Of a DNA stretch of 52,828 nt, positions 9,239 to 19,110 are shown piece by piece; position 1 is the first letter of the stretch; each line of letters begins with the position of its first letter. The position numbers and the translations under genes were made by a program. This DNA is from an uncultured bacterium (GTDB lineage Bacteria; Methylomirabilota; Methylomirabilia; Methylomirabilales; CSP1-5). The stretch lies in assembly GCA_964429865.1 (NCBI GenBank), contig CAYSDK010000003.1:1-52828 (forward strand), given 5' to 3'. A model generated the notes under the pieces. The model was not told where the DNA came from and did not search any database. It saw only the letters and a program-made list of their open reading frames with translations.

Positions 9239-10318
9239 CTAGCTTTTGGCCCGGAGCGGCTCCTTGGGGTACGAGCCTAGGACCTTCACAAACAGGCATT
9301 CCTCCTGGAGCCCCTCCAGGGCCGCCTTCACCGGCGCATCCTCGACATGCCCCTCGATATCCACATAGAAGATGTACTCCCAGACCCGGTAGCGGGAGGG
9401 TCGCGACTCGATCTTGGTCAGGTTGATCTGGTTCTTGGCGAAGGGCTCCAGCATCCGGTACAGCGCCCCCACCCGGTCCCGAATCGTGAAGAGGATCGAG
9501 GTCTTGTCCTGGCCGGTGACGGCGCACGGCGACTGCCCGATGATCAGGAAGCGCGTGAAATTATACGGGCTGTCTTCAATCCGGGACGCCACAGCCTTCA
9601 GATCATAGAGCCGGCTCGCCAGCTCGGACGCGATGGCCGCGGCCGTCTCATCCTGGGCGGCAAGCTCGGCTGCCGCCGCCGTGGAGTGCACCTCGCGAAG
9701 CGCGACGCCGGCCATGTTCGCCTCGAGCCACTTCCGGGATTGGGCGATGGCGTGGGGATGGGAGTAGATCGTGACGATCCGCCCCTTCTCTCCGAGCTTC
9801 GACAGGAGGTGATGAGCAACCTCCATAAGGATCTCGCCGCAGATCTTCAGGTCCGAATCGACGAACATGTCGAGGGTGTGACTCACCACGCCTTCGGTCG
9901 AGTTCTCGACCGGCACGACCCCGTAGTCCGCCTTCCCCTTCTCCACTTCGGCAAAGACCTCTCCGATGCCCCGGAGCGGGACGTATTCCGCCAGCAGGCC
10001 GAATCGCTTCATGCACGCCATGTGGGTGAAGGTGGCCTGGGGCCCGAGGTAGGCCACCTTCAACGGCTGCTCGAGCGAGAGACACGCCGAGAGGATTTCC
10101 CGGTAGACTGCCTTGATCGCCCTGTCCGAGAAGGGTCCCCGGCTCTCCCGCATGAGGCGATCGATGATCTCTCCCTCCCGTTGCGGGGAATGGTAGGCGA
10201 TGTTTCCCTTGGCCTTCTCCTCCCCCACGCGCACGACGACCTCGGCCCGGCGGTTCAGGAGGTCCAGGATCTGGCTATCGATGGCGTCGATCTGCCGTCG
10301 AAACTCCTCGATTCCCAT
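9239..10318 (-). CDS. pheA: Bifunctional chorismate mutase / prephenate dehydratase (P-protein) with C-terminal ACT domain
   Basis: CM domain (FRRQIDAIDSQILDLLNRRAEV), PDT domain (VAYLGPQATFTHMA, VPVENSTEG), ACT region (ESRPS). Confidence 0.9.
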   Translation of the reverse strand: MGIEEFRRQIDAIDSQILDLLNRRAEVVVRVGEEKAKGNIAYHSPQREGEIIDRLMRESRGPFSDRAIKAVYREILSACLSLEQPLKVAYLGPQATFTHMACMKRFGLLAEYVPLRGIGEVFAEVEKGKADYGVVPVENSTEGVVSHTLDMFVDSDLKICGEILMEVAHHLLSKLGEKGRIVTIYSHPHAIAQSRKWLEANMAGVALREVHSTAAAAELAAQDETAAAIASELASRLYDLKAVASRIEDSPYNFTRFLIIGQSPCAVTGQDKTSILFTIRDRVGALYRMLEPFAKNQINLTKIESRPSRYRVWEYIFYVDIEGHVEDAPVKAALEGLQEECLFVKVLGSYPKEPLRAKS

Positions 10319-10367
10319 CTTTGCTCTCTACCGTCTCTCCGTCCACATCTCGATCTGAAGCCCGGCC

Positions 10368-10397
10368 ATTATAGGGAGGAACCCAAGGCGGCTTCAA
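10368..10397 (-). promoter_or_regulatory. Candidate sigma-70 promoter for pheA operon (TTGAAG-18 nt-TATAAT)
   Basis: On the minus strand, TTGAAG (10397-10392) and TATAAT (10373-10368) lie about 50 nt upstream of the pheA ATG. Sequence match only. Confidence 0.3.
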
Positions 10398-10963
10398 GGG
10401 TTTTCTCGCTTCGTCTTGACGGCGCCATCTGCCTCCTGGCCGGCAGGCACGAGGGCCTCGAGCTCCTGCGTTGAGGGGAGATCCGTAATATCCTGGAAGC
10501 CGAAATATTCCAAGAACGTCCGCGTGGTGCCGTAGAGAAGCGGCCGGCCCACCTCTCGCTTGCGCCCGAGGATCCGGACGACCCCCCGTTCCATGAGGGT
10601 CTTCAGGACGGTGTCCACCAGCACGCCCCGGATCGCCTCGATCTCGGCCTTGGTGATCGGCTGTCGGTAGGCGATGATGGCCAACGTCTCGAGCGCCGGC
10701 CGGGACAGCCTGACCGGTCGCGTTTGGGCCAGTCGGCTGACCCAGGGGTGCAGCTCAGATCGGGTCGCCATGCGATAACCGCCGCCGACCTGAAGGATCG
10801 TGAGGCCCGAACCCCTCTTTGCATACTCATCCCTCAGGGAGTCCAGGCTCTCAACGATCCGTGCCTGCTCCTCGCCCAGGATCGTCTGCAGCTGCTCGAT
10901 CGAGAGCGGATCAGGGGAGGCGAAGAGGACCGCCTCCAAGATCGCCGGGGCGTCCTGACTCAT
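10394..10963 (-). CDS. scpB: Segregation and condensation protein B
   Basis: LSRPALETLAIIAYRQPITKAEIEAIRGV signature. Overlaps the scpA stop by 4 nt. Confidence 0.85.
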   Translation of the reverse strand: MSQDAPAILEAVLFASPDPLSIEQLQTILGEEQARIVESLDSLRDEYAKRGSGLTILQVGGGYRMATRSELHPWVSRLAQTRPVRLSRPALETLAIIAYRQPITKAEIEAIRGVLVDTVLKTLMERGVVRILGRKREVGRPLLYGTTRTFLEYFGFQDITDLPSTQELEALVPAGQEADGAVKTKRENP

Positions 10964-11667
10964 GCCGCCGCCCCCACGATTACAATCTCGCCGAAGGGGA
11001 CCCGTTGTCGGACCCGGACCGCTCCCTGCCGCAAGAGCTCCAGCAGCGCGAGAAAGGTCGCAATCACCAACGAGCGATCGACCGCCGAAGGAAACAGAGC
11101 CTCAAAGGTGACGGAGCCCTGCAGCGCCATCTGGTCGAGGATGGCGACCATCCGCTCTGCCGTCGTCACCAGTCGGGGCACGAGTGTGAGCACCCCCTGA
11201 CCGTCGACGCGGCTCAGGACCTCCCGAAAGGCCGCGAGGAGATCCAAGAGACTGACCTCGAGCGTCCCTCCGCCGGGTGGGATGTCGAGAGGCGTGGAGC
11301 GGAAGAAAAAGAGCCGCTGTCCATCCTCCCGGACCGCCAACGTCTCGGCGGCAGCCCGGAAGCGCTCGTACTCCAGAAGCATATCGACCAGGGCGGTCCG
11401 GGGATCCTCTTCGACCGTCTCCCCATCGACAGAGGGCTCGACCGGCAACAACATCCTGGACTTAATGTACACCAACGTGGCCGCCATGACGAGAAACTCT
11501 CCGGCCACCTCGAGGTCGAGCTCGTGGAGCAGGGTGAGGACCTGGAAGTATTCATCGGTGATCCGCGCGATGGGAATATCGGTGATATCGATCTGGTTCC
11601 CACGGATGAGATGCAGGAGTAGGTCTAACGGCCCCTCAAAAACCGGGAGCTTCACCTGGTAGGCCAT
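10960..11667 (-). CDS. scpA: Segregation and condensation protein A (kleisin)
   Basis: N-terminal FEGPLDLLLHLI motif, about 235 aa, followed by scpB. Confidence 0.85.
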   Translation of the reverse strand: MAYQVKLPVFEGPLDLLLHLIRGNQIDITDIPIARITDEYFQVLTLLHELDLEVAGEFLVMAATLVYIKSRMLLPVEPSVDGETVEEDPRTALVDMLLEYERFRAAAETLAVREDGQRLFFFRSTPLDIPPGGGTLEVSLLDLLAAFREVLSRVDGQGVLTLVPRLVTTAERMVAILDQMALQGSVTFEALFPSAVDRSLVIATFLALLELLRQGAVRVRQRVPFGEIVIVGAAA

Positions 11668-12047
11668 GTCTCCTCCTCCACGCTCAGATATGGACGGATC
11701 TTTCGTAGGCGCTTCGGGCCGATCTCCGGGATCCGCTCGAGGTCCGAGGGCCGCCCAAAGGGACTACGGTCCTCCCGAAACCGGACAATCGCGTCTGCCA
11801 TGGCAGGGTCCATCCCCGGTACGTCAGCCAGGCGCCCCGCATCGGCCCGATTGGGATTCACGCGCCCCTCGGATGCGGGGCGCGACACCCCACCGGGACC
11901 AGGCGGGTGAACACCGATCCCCGCGGACATGACGAAACCCGACCCCGCTTCCATCGGCATGAGACCCCAGACGGCGACGAGGACCAGGACAGATAAGAGG
12001 AGCAAGGCGAGCGCGGCATCGGCAGGAGCGAAGACCGGCACCCTCAT
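11652..12047 (-). CDS. comEA: ComEA-like helix-hairpin-helix DNA-binding protein
   Basis: N-terminal TM segment, then [30 protein letters not shown]...[21 protein letters not shown] (tandem HhH, ComEA C-domain pattern). Confidence 0.7.
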   Translation of the reverse strand: MRVPVFAPADAALALLLLSVLVLVAVWGLMPMEAGSGFVMSAGIGVHPPGPGGVSRPASEGRVNPNRADAGRLADVPGMDPAMADAIVRFREDRSPFGRPSDLERIPEIGPKRLRKIRPYLSVEEETWPTR

Positions 12048-13276
12048 CGCCCCCCCGTCGACTGCGCCTCCAGCCGAAAGACATCGTGCAGCACCCGGAC
12101 CGCCAGTTCCGTGTACTTTTCCTCGATCACGCAGGACACCTTGATCTCTGATGTGCTGATCATCATGATGTTAATGTTCTCCGCAGCCAGGGTGGCAAAC
12201 ATCTGGGCAGCGACCCCGGAGTGGGTCCGCATACCGACCCCCACGATCGAGACCTTGGCGATCCGATCGTCCCCCAGGACCTGGTCCGCCCCGATCTCTC
12301 TCGCCAGCCCCTTGACGAGTTCCATCGCCTTGTGAAAATCGGTCCTCGGGACGGTGAAGGAGATATCCGTGTGCCCGTCCTGGCTGATGTTCTGCACGAT
12401 CATGTCCACCACGATCCCCGCCTCCGCCACCCTCCCGAAGAGTTTGGCGGCGATCCCGGGGCGATCCACCACCCGGGTAATGGTGATCTTTGCCTCCTTC
12501 CGGTCATAGGCAATCCCGGAGACCATCACCTTTTCCATATCTGGATCCTCCTGCACCACCAAGGTCCCTCGGTTTTCGGAAAAGCTCGATCGCACGTGGA
12601 CAGACACGTTGTAGTTCTTCGCGTATTCGACGGCCCGTGCCTGGAGCACCCTGGCCCCCAGGCTGGCCATCTCGATCATCTCCTCGTACGAGATCCGGGG
12701 GAGCTTCCGAGCCGTGGGGACCAGACTGGGATCCGCGGTGTAGACGCCCTCCACATCCGTGTAAATCTCGCAGATGTCGGCGTTCAACGCGGCGGCCAAC
12801 GCGACAGCAGTGAGGTCCGAGCCGCCGCGACCCAGGGTCGTGACTTCCTCCTCCGCACTGACCCCTTGAAAGCCCGCCACAATCGTGATCTTCCCCTCCC
12901 GCAACGCCTGCCGGATCCGCTCGACGTCGATATTGAGAATCCGGGCCTTGGTGTGCACGTTGTCGGTGAGAATCCGCACCTGGGTCCCGGTGAAGGAGCG
13001 GGCCTTGGCGCCACAGGCCTGAATGGCCAAGGAGAGGAGCCCGATCGCCACCTGTTCTCCGGTGGCTAGGATGACATCCAGCTCCCGCTCATTCGGGGAC
13101 TCGGTAATCTCATGGGCGAGCTGGAGGAGCCGGTCGGTCTCTCCAGCCATGGCGGACACCACGACGACCACGTCGTGCCCAGCCCTTTTCACCTCGACGA
13201 TCCGCCTGGCGACACGCTGGATTCGCCCGACGTCTCCCACCGAGGTCCCGCCGTACTTCTGGACGACGAGGGTCAC
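12044..13276 (-). CDS. lysC: Aspartate kinase with C-terminal ACT domains
   Basis: [36 protein letters not shown] motifs. 410 aa. Confidence 0.9.
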   Translation of the reverse strand: MTLVVQKYGGTSVGDVGRIQRVARRIVEVKRAGHDVVVVVSAMAGETDRLLQLAHEITESPNERELDVILATGEQVAIGLLSLAIQACGAKARSFTGTQVRILTDNVHTKARILNIDVERIRQALREGKITIVAGFQGVSAEEEVTTLGRGGSDLTAVALAAALNADICEIYTDVEGVYTADPSLVPTARKLPRISYEEMIEMASLGARVLQARAVEYAKNYNVSVHVRSSFSENRGTLVVQEDPDMEKVMVSGIAYDRKEAKITITRVVDRPGIAAKLFGRVAEAGIVVDMIVQNISQDGHTDISFTVPRTDFHKAMELVKGLAREIGADQVLGDDRIAKVSIVGVGMRTHSGVAAQMFATLAAENINIMMISTSEIKVSCVIEEKYTELAVRVLHDVFRLEAQSTGGR

Positions 13277-13277
13277 G

Positions 13278-13826
13278 TCACTCCCCCCTGGTCTGGACCG
13301 TCACCCCGAGACCGAGCTGCCGCCAGAACCGTGCAAAGTAGTCGATGCCCGACACCACACTCAGGACCACCGCAACCCCAACCGCAAGGCCCCCCAGATT
13401 CCGGGGAGGAGGATCGAGGATCAGCACGATGACCGCAATCACCTCCGCCGCCATCTTGTACTTCCCGAGCTGGGACGCGGCGATGATCAGCCCCTGGGAA
13501 GCTGCAATGCCCCTGAGCCCGGTGATGGCGATATCTCGCCCGATGATGACCGTCGCCACCCAGGCCGACACCCTCCCGATCTCCACCAGAGAGATGAGCG
13601 CCGCCGCGATCAACAGCTTGTCGGCGATGGGATCCAAGAGCTGGCCGAGGGTGGTGACCTGTCTCCGGCTTCGGGCAATGCGACCGTCCAGCCAGTCGGT
13701 GAAGACCGCCGCGAGGAAAATGGCCGCCGCCGGATAATTGCGGGTGTCAGCGCTGCCAATCAGGAAAATGACCAGGAAGGGAACCAGGAAGATTCGAACG
13801 AGGGTCAGCGTATTCGGCAAATTCAC
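13278..13826 (-). CDS. pgsA: CDP-diacylglycerol--glycerol-3-phosphate 3-phosphatidyltransferase
   Basis: [13 protein letters not shown]-terminus and [34 protein letters not shown]-alcohol transferase motif. 182 aa. Confidence 0.85.
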   Translation of the reverse strand: MNLPNTLTLVRIFLVPFLVIFLIGSADTRNYPAAAIFLAAVFTDWLDGRIARSRRQVTTLGQLLDPIADKLLIAAALISLVEIGRVSAWVATVIIGRDIAITGLRGIAASQGLIIAASQLGKYKMAAEVIAVIVLILDPPPRNLGGLAVGVAVVLSVVSGIDYFARFWRQLGLGVTVQTRGE

Positions 13827-13865
13827 TGAAGGCCACCTGGCATCATGCGACGGAGAGGACGGAAC

Positions 13866-15689
13866 TCAGCGAGAGGACCCCCGACTGGCATCAAGACGGT
13901 TTCGCAGGTCCCGGACCCGGACCCGGATGTCCCGAAACTTCGGCATCTCGCTTTGGATGGCCAGCAGGGTTTCGAGGGCCTTCTTTCCGTTCTCGAGCGC
14001 CTCATAGGCCGTCGCGAGATCGTAGAGGATCCCCCACCGCTCTTCGGTGCCTGCCTCTGTCGCTGCAACGCCCTTGAGCAGCTCCTCGACCGCCCGTTCT
14101 GGCTCACCCTTCACCAGATAGCAGAGGCCTAGGAGGCTCGCGCATCGCACCCGATAGGCGGCATCGTTGGCCGCCAGTCGTAATTCTCCGATGGCCCTAT
14201 CGTAAAGCCCCAGGTCCTTGAACGCAATAGCGAGATCGTAATGGGTCTCGTAGTCGGCCGCATCGACTTGATCACGGATCCCCCGCTGGAGCTCGCGCAG
14301 CACCTGCTTCACCTCCGGCTCTAGATCGAGCGGCAAGGACGCCTCTTCATCTTCGCTCAGCGCCTCGCTCAGCTCCCCGGCGAAATCGACATACTCCCCC
14401 TGCGGGGCCTTCGCCTCCACCACCCGGAACACGGACCGCCTTTTGCCAGCCGCTCTCGGACGCTCCTCCCGCTTTGGCCTATCCGCACCTCGCTCGATCT
14501 CCGCCAAGTGCTGCTTGGCCACCGGATGTTCCGGATCCTGACGGAGGATCCGCTGGAGACTGCCTCGGGCCTCCTGCAGCATCCCCTGCTCCAGATAAAA
14601 CTGGGCCTCCTGCAGTTCCTCCGCCACCGTCTGTGACCCGTCGAGCCCCACGAGCCCTGGAGATGGCTCGAGCTGCGGTGTGACCGTCTCGGAGCTCTGC
14701 AGGGGATCGAGCTCGATCGTGGCCACCCTGATGGCCTCCTCAGATGGGCCCTCCTCCCCGACGGCGACATCTATCTCCAGCATGCCTGGAGCCACCCGCT
14801 CCTCTGCCTCTTCGGCGATTTCCTTGACCACCCCTCCTGGCCCTCCATCGAACCATCCCCCGATTTCCTCGGCCGGGGCGAGGGGTTCTGGCTCTTCCCG
14901 CACCTCAGAGGGCCCCGGCAGGATCTGCAGGGAGGGAGCCTCCTCGACAAGAGTCTCCGCTCTGGCTACCGGCTCCGGGTGATTTTGCCCTCCGGGGAAA
15001 GCCGTCGCCAGGGCTTCGTCCAGCCTCGCCTCCGCCACGGAGGGGTCGAGGGAGGCAAGCCGCTCAGTCAGAAGGGTCGCCTCGGCCCCCCGACGTTGCG
15101 ACCTCAAGAGCTCCACCGTCTTTTGGTAAATCTGTCGGATATCGTCGGCGTGCCCCGCCGTGACGAGACGATCCTCCAGGGTCTTGAGCTTGGCCAGGGC
15201 CTGGTCCAGCCGCCCGGCCTTCGCGAGGAGGCCCGCAACCTTGGAGAGGGTTGGCGGATGTCCCGGTTCTACTACGATCATCTTCCCATATATCTCCAAG
15301 GCCCCGAACATATCCCCACTCCTGACGCACTGGTCGGCCAGTATCTGGAACTGGAGCTTGGCCTCCGCGGTCAGCCCCTGCTCGGCATACATCTCGGCGC
15401 AGGCCAGGGAGGCTTCGGCATGTAAGGGGTCAAGCTTGAGGACCTTCTTGTAGACGGCAATCGCCCGGACGTGCAGACCATCAAGCCGGTAGACCTCCCC
15501 GAGGCGTTTGAAGTAGCCGATGGCCTCGGCTTTGCTCCCGATCCTGATGGAGAGGTCCCCGAGGGCGTTGAGCACGTTGCAGTTATTCGGGTCAGTTCTT
15601 AGGATCGCGTGATATTCCGCGACGGCCTGGTCCAGCTTTCCCTGCTGGACGTAACCCATGGCGGCCTGAAGCCCCTTTCGCTTCTCCAT
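13866..15689 (-). CDS. Tetratricopeptide-repeat protein
   Basis: 607 aa. N- and C-terminal blocks of 34-residue TPR-like repeats (A..Y..IL..DP.N...L..LG) flank an acidic, Pro-rich linker. Confidence 0.75.
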   Translation of the reverse strand: MEKRKGLQAAMGYVQQGKLDQAVAEYHAILRTDPNNCNVLNALGDLSIRIGSKAEAIGYFKRLGEVYRLDGLHVRAIAVYKKVLKLDPLHAEASLACAEMYAEQGLTAEAKLQFQILADQCVRSGDMFGALEIYGKMIVVEPGHPPTLSKVAGLLAKAGRLDQALAKLKTLEDRLVTAGHADDIRQIYQKTVELLRSQRRGAEATLLTERLASLDPSVAEARLDEALATAFPGGQNHPEPVARAETLVEEAPSLQILPGPSEVREEPEPLAPAEEIGGWFDGGPGGVVKEIAEEAEERVAPGMLEIDVAVGEEGPSEEAIRVATIELDPLQSSETVTPQLEPSPGLVGLDGSQTVAEELQEAQFYLEQGMLQEARGSLQRILRQDPEHPVAKQHLAEIERGADRPKREERPRAAGKRRSVFRVVEAKAPQGEYVDFAGELSEALSEDEEASLPLDLEPEVKQVLRELQRGIRDQVDAADYETHYDLAIAFKDLGLYDRAIGELRLAANDAAYRVRCASLLGLCYLVKGEPERAVEELLKGVAATEAGTEERWGILYDLATAYEALENGKKALETLLAIQSEMPKFRDIRVRVRDLRNRLDASRGSSR

Positions 15690-15829
15690 GCTGACGTCAC
15701 TTCTCCGGAAAAGGCTCTAACCCCAACAAAATCATATAATTCGCGGGGTCAGCCTATCAGACACCACCGCGACTGTCAAGGTGCAACTCACGGGCCATCC
15801 GCCCGGAAAAGAAGCACTTGGCGTGCATG

Positions 15830-16645
15830 TTACCGGCGAAGGGTCCAGTCGGTGGTTCCATACCGCTTGACCACCAGCTCCTGAACCACGCTCTCCTCTT
15901 TGGCCGTCAGTCCTCCCGGGTCCAGGGTGACTGCGGCCCCCGCCTCGAATCCCGCCCGAAGAGCCTCAACCAATTCCTCCCAGCCGGGGGAGCGCCCCAG
16001 CAGAAGCCTGAGAGCAGTCGCCCGCGCTTCGAGGTCTCGCCCCTGGGGGAAGAGCGCGTTCCATGCGGCGTGCTCTAACTCGATCAAAAGGGATCCGTGT
16101 TGAAGGAGCGCGCCGTTCAACCGTCGCTGCGCCGACCCGATCAGCTTACGCCCGTTGACGGTGACTTCATACCGGGTCGAGGAGAGGAAACAGAGCCCCC
16201 CGGCCTCTCCCCTGGAGTGATCGCCGCGACTCAAGGTCGCCTCCACCCCCAGTCTCCGCAAGGCGAGGAGGAGGCACTGGCTGATCCATCGATAATCGTC
16301 GAGGACACTCCGGCTTCCGCGCAGGATGGGAATGGCTAGGCTATAGGTAAGCTCCCGATGGTGCAGCAGGGCCCGGCCCCCCGTGGGACGGCGCACCACA
16401 GGGATGCGTCGCTCACGGCAGGCGGTGAGGTTCACCTCTCCCTCGATAGATTGGTTGACACCCAGCGAGACCGTGGGGAGGGCCCAGCGATATACGCGAA
16501 GGGTGGGAGAACTCCACCCCTGGTCGCACCCGAGCGCCAGCGCCTCATCGACAGCCATGTTGGTGGGACCATCGCGGGGCTCGTCCACCAGCAGACGCCA
16601 GCGACTGGACTGAAACCACGTCGGGGTTCCCGCGACTTCACCCAT
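15830..16645 (-). CDS. Lipoate-protein ligase / octanoyltransferase family (BPL_LplA_LipB domain)
   Basis: NMAVDEAL, TLRVYRW..PTVSLG, RRPTGGRALLH, GRKLIGSAQRR (catalytic Lys region) resemble LplA/LipM. Confidence 0.75.
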   Translation of the reverse strand: MGEVAGTPTWFQSSRWRLLVDEPRDGPTNMAVDEALALGCDQGWSSPTLRVYRWALPTVSLGVNQSIEGEVNLTACRERRIPVVRRPTGGRALLHHRELTYSLAIPILRGSRSVLDDYRWISQCLLLALRRLGVEATLSRGDHSRGEAGGLCFLSSTRYEVTVNGRKLIGSAQRRLNGALLQHGSLLIELEHAAWNALFPQGRDLEARATALRLLLGRSPGWEELVEALRAGFEAGAAVTLDPGGLTAKEESVVQELVVKRYGTTDWTLRR

Positions 16646-16649
16646 CGAT

Positions 16650-17507
16650 CTACTCTTTGTCGATGTCGCGATGCCGCACCCCTACCTCCCGCCCATCCCC
16701 CTGAAGCTGCTGGGCCAGAAACTCGGCGGCGCTCACCGACCGGTGCCGACCACCGGTGCAGCCCAAGGCAATCGTGAGATAGGCCCTCCCCTCCCGCAGG
16801 TAGTACGGCAGCGCGAAACGCAGAAATGTCAGAAGCTCTTCCAGGTACGATTGGGCCCCGTGGTCATCCAGAAGGAACTTGGCCACCTTGGGGTCGCGTC
16901 CGGTCAGGGGCCGCAACTCCTCCCGAAAGTGAGGATTGGGGAGACAGCGGAGATCAAAGACCAGGTCGGCATCGGGCGGAAGGCCATGCCGGTATCCAAA
17001 GGAGACAAAGCTGATCGCCGTCTTGCTGCCGGGCCGATCGTCGCGGAAGGCGGCGACCACGAGCCTGCGGAGGTCATGGATGGTGAGGTCGCTCGTATCG
17101 ACCACCATGTCCGCCTCGGCCTTGAGGGAAGCCATCCGCTCCCGCTCCAGGCTGATCCCCCGGAGCACGGACCCCTGGGGGGCGAGGGGATGCGGCCGAC
17201 GGCTCTCACTGAACCGTCGGAGCAACACCTGCTCATCCGCCTCCAGGAAGAGGACGCGAATGGTGTGGCCATGCTGCCTGAGGGTGGCCAGGACGTCCTC
17301 CAGGGGACCGAGGAACTCTCCCTCCCGAACGTCGACCACGAAGGCGACGCGGTTAACACGGCGTTCCGAATGGGCGCAGAGATCCGCCACCGTCGGAATG
17401 AGGGTGGCAGGCAGATTGTCCACGCAGAAGACGCCCAGGTCCTCCAGGGTCTTGATCGCCTGGCTCTTCCCGGCACCCGACATTCCTGTGACGATGATGA
17501 ACTCCAT
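16650..17507 (-). CDS. rapZ: RNase adapter protein RapZ (YvcJ/YhbJ)
   Basis: MEFIIVTGMSGAGKSQAIKTLEDLGVFCVDNLP N-terminus and GCTGGRHRSV C-terminal motif. Synteny with rpoN. Confidence 0.9.
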   Translation of the reverse strand: MEFIIVTGMSGAGKSQAIKTLEDLGVFCVDNLPATLIPTVADLCAHSERRVNRVAFVVDVREGEFLGPLEDVLATLRQHGHTIRVLFLEADEQVLLRRFSESRRPHPLAPQGSVLRGISLERERMASLKAEADMVVDTSDLTIHDLRRLVVAAFRDDRPGSKTAISFVSFGYRHGLPPDADLVFDLRCLPNPHFREELRPLTGRDPKVAKFLLDDHGAQSYLEELLTFLRFALPYYLREGRAYLTIALGCTGGRHRSVSAAEFLAQQLQGDGREVGVRHRDIDKE

Positions 17508-17508
17508 A

Positions 17509-17637
17509 TCAGTTTACTGCCGAGAGTTCACAGTGCACAGAGGCGGAGAGGCAATGTTGCAAGAGACCGTCAACAGTGAACTGTGAACGCAGGGCCTCGG
17601 TGACCTCCAGATTGCGCCCGGTGAGAAAGATCTGCAT
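17509..17637 (-). pseudogene. hpf: Truncated remnant of ribosome hibernation promoting factor (hpf)
   Basis: 42-codon ORF with GAGGAG 9 nt upstream. Its first 21 aa, MQIFLTGRNLEVTEALRSQFT, align with E. coli HPF MQLNITGNNVEITEALREFVT (12 of 21 identical). The rest is unrelated and runs through an inverted repeat. It sits at the canonical position between rpoN and rapZ, and full-length HPF is about 95 aa or longer. Confidence 0.5.
17526..17588. repeat. Imperfect inverted repeat of GTTCAC/GTGAAC heptamers (element E3)
   Basis: GTTCACAGTGCACAG (17526-17540) and CAGTGAACTGTGAAC (17574-17588) are complementary at 13 of 15 positions. Same heptamer type as the tyrA-proximal end of E1. Confidence 0.6.
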
Positions 17638-17684
17638 GGTTGAAGCTCCTCGGGAAGGGGAACGGAAGGAGAAGTCGGAGAAGG

Positions 17685-19094
17685 CTAGTATCTTCGGCGC
17701 CGGCTGGAAGAAGGGATCTTGAGCTGTCCTCGATACTTGGCGACGGTCCGACGGGCGATCTCGATCCCCTTTTGCCGTAACATCTCGACAATCTTCTGGT
17801 CCGAGAGGGGCTTCCCTGTGTCTTCCGCCGTGAGCAGCCGTCGGACCAGATCTTTGACGGTGAGCGAAGACACCGCCTCGCCATCGACGGATTGGACCCC
17901 CCGGTGAAAGAAGTACTTGAGCTCAAAGAGACCTTGAGGGGTATGCACGTACTTGCTGGTGGTGACGCGGCTCACGGTCGACTCATGCATGCTGATATCC
18001 TCCGCCACCTCCTTGAGGGTCAGGGGCCGCATCTCGGTAATCCCCTTGTCCAGGAACTGCCGTTGAAATTTCACGATCGAGTCAGTCACCTTGAAGAGGG
18101 TGCGCTGGCGCTGCTCGATGGAGCGGATCAGCCAGAGGGCGGACCGCATCTTCCCCTCGACGTACTCCCGCGTCTCCTTCGAATTCGTCCGCCCCTTGCT
18201 CAACAGCCCACGGTAGTACGAGCTGACCCGGAGGCGGGGAAGGCCATCCTCGTTGAGGACAACCACAAAGCGATCGTCGACCTTGAGGATATGCACGTCC
18301 GCGGTAATGTAGCGGGGCTCCTCGGTGCTGAAGCTGCGCCCCGGCTTCGGCTCAAGGGAACAGACCAGGAGGAGGGCATCCTGGACCGCCTTGATGGGGA
18401 TCTTCAGCTTCTCGGCAATCCTCGTAAGATAGCGCCCCTCCAGGTCCGTCAGGTGCTCATCGATCAGCGTCCGCGCCAGGGCGACCTCCGGCCCGCCCTT
18501 CAGGCCATCGACCTGCAAGAGAAGACACTCCCGCAGGTCTCGCGCCGCCACCCCGGCGGGATCGAAGCTCTGGACCAACCTGAGCGCCTCCTCCAACACC
18601 GAGACGGGCGTGGATGCCTTTCCCCGTAGCTCTTCCAGGTTGATTTTCAGATATCCGTTTTCGTCGAGACTGCCGATGATCTCGGTGGCCCAATGAATGC
18701 AGACGGGATCGGAGGTGGATAGGTACAGCTGAAAGACGAGATGGTCCGCCAGGGATCGAGGTCGGGTCAGGCGTTCCTCAGGGGACCAATGCTCAACCTC
18801 TTCTCGCGGGAATTCCCGGCGATAGTCCGAGGCATCCTGCAGGTAGCTCTCCCAATCGAAATCCGAAAGGCGGTCGTCGTCCGTTTGCCGCTCTTCATCG
18901 GCAGACGTCTCTGTCGAATCGCTCCCCTCTGCAAGCAGCTCTTCCTCCAGGATCGGATTCTCTTCCAACTCCTGTCGAACCGTCTGGATCAACTCCAGCC
19001 GAGAGAGCTGCAGCAGGCCAATCGCCTGTTGCAGCGATTGGGTCATGATCATCCGCTGGGTCTGGCGCAGACTGAGGCGTAGCTCCATGGCCAT
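17685..19094 (-). CDS. rpoN: RNA polymerase sigma-54 factor
   Basis: N-terminal Gln/Leu-rich region, core-binding domain, C-terminal HTH and RpoN box (ARRTVAKYR). Follows lptB. Confidence 0.9.
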   Translation of the reverse strand: MAMELRLSLRQTQRMIMTQSLQQAIGLLQLSRLELIQTVRQELEENPILEEELLAEGSDSTETSADEERQTDDDRLSDFDWESYLQDASDYRREFPREEVEHWSPEERLTRPRSLADHLVFQLYLSTSDPVCIHWATEIIGSLDENGYLKINLEELRGKASTPVSVLEEALRLVQSFDPAGVAARDLRECLLLQVDGLKGGPEVALARTLIDEHLTDLEGRYLTRIAEKLKIPIKAVQDALLLVCSLEPKPGRSFSTEEPRYITADVHILKVDDRFVVVLNEDGLPRLRVSSYYRGLLSKGRTNSKETREYVEGKMRSALWLIRSIEQRQRTLFKVTDSIVKFQRQFLDKGITEMRPLTLKEVAEDISMHESTVSRVTTSKYVHTPQGLFELKYFFHRGVQSVDGEAVSSLTVKDLVRRLLTAEDTGKPLSDQKIVEMLRQKGIEIARRTVAKYRGQLKIPSSSRRRRY

Positions 19095-19110
19095 GGCTGT
19101 TCAGCTCACC

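Noticed and set aside
13277-13277. Lysine riboswitch (L-box) or leader upstream of lysC
   Set aside because: The lysC start (13276) is 1 nt from the pgsA stop (13278), so there is no room for a leader.
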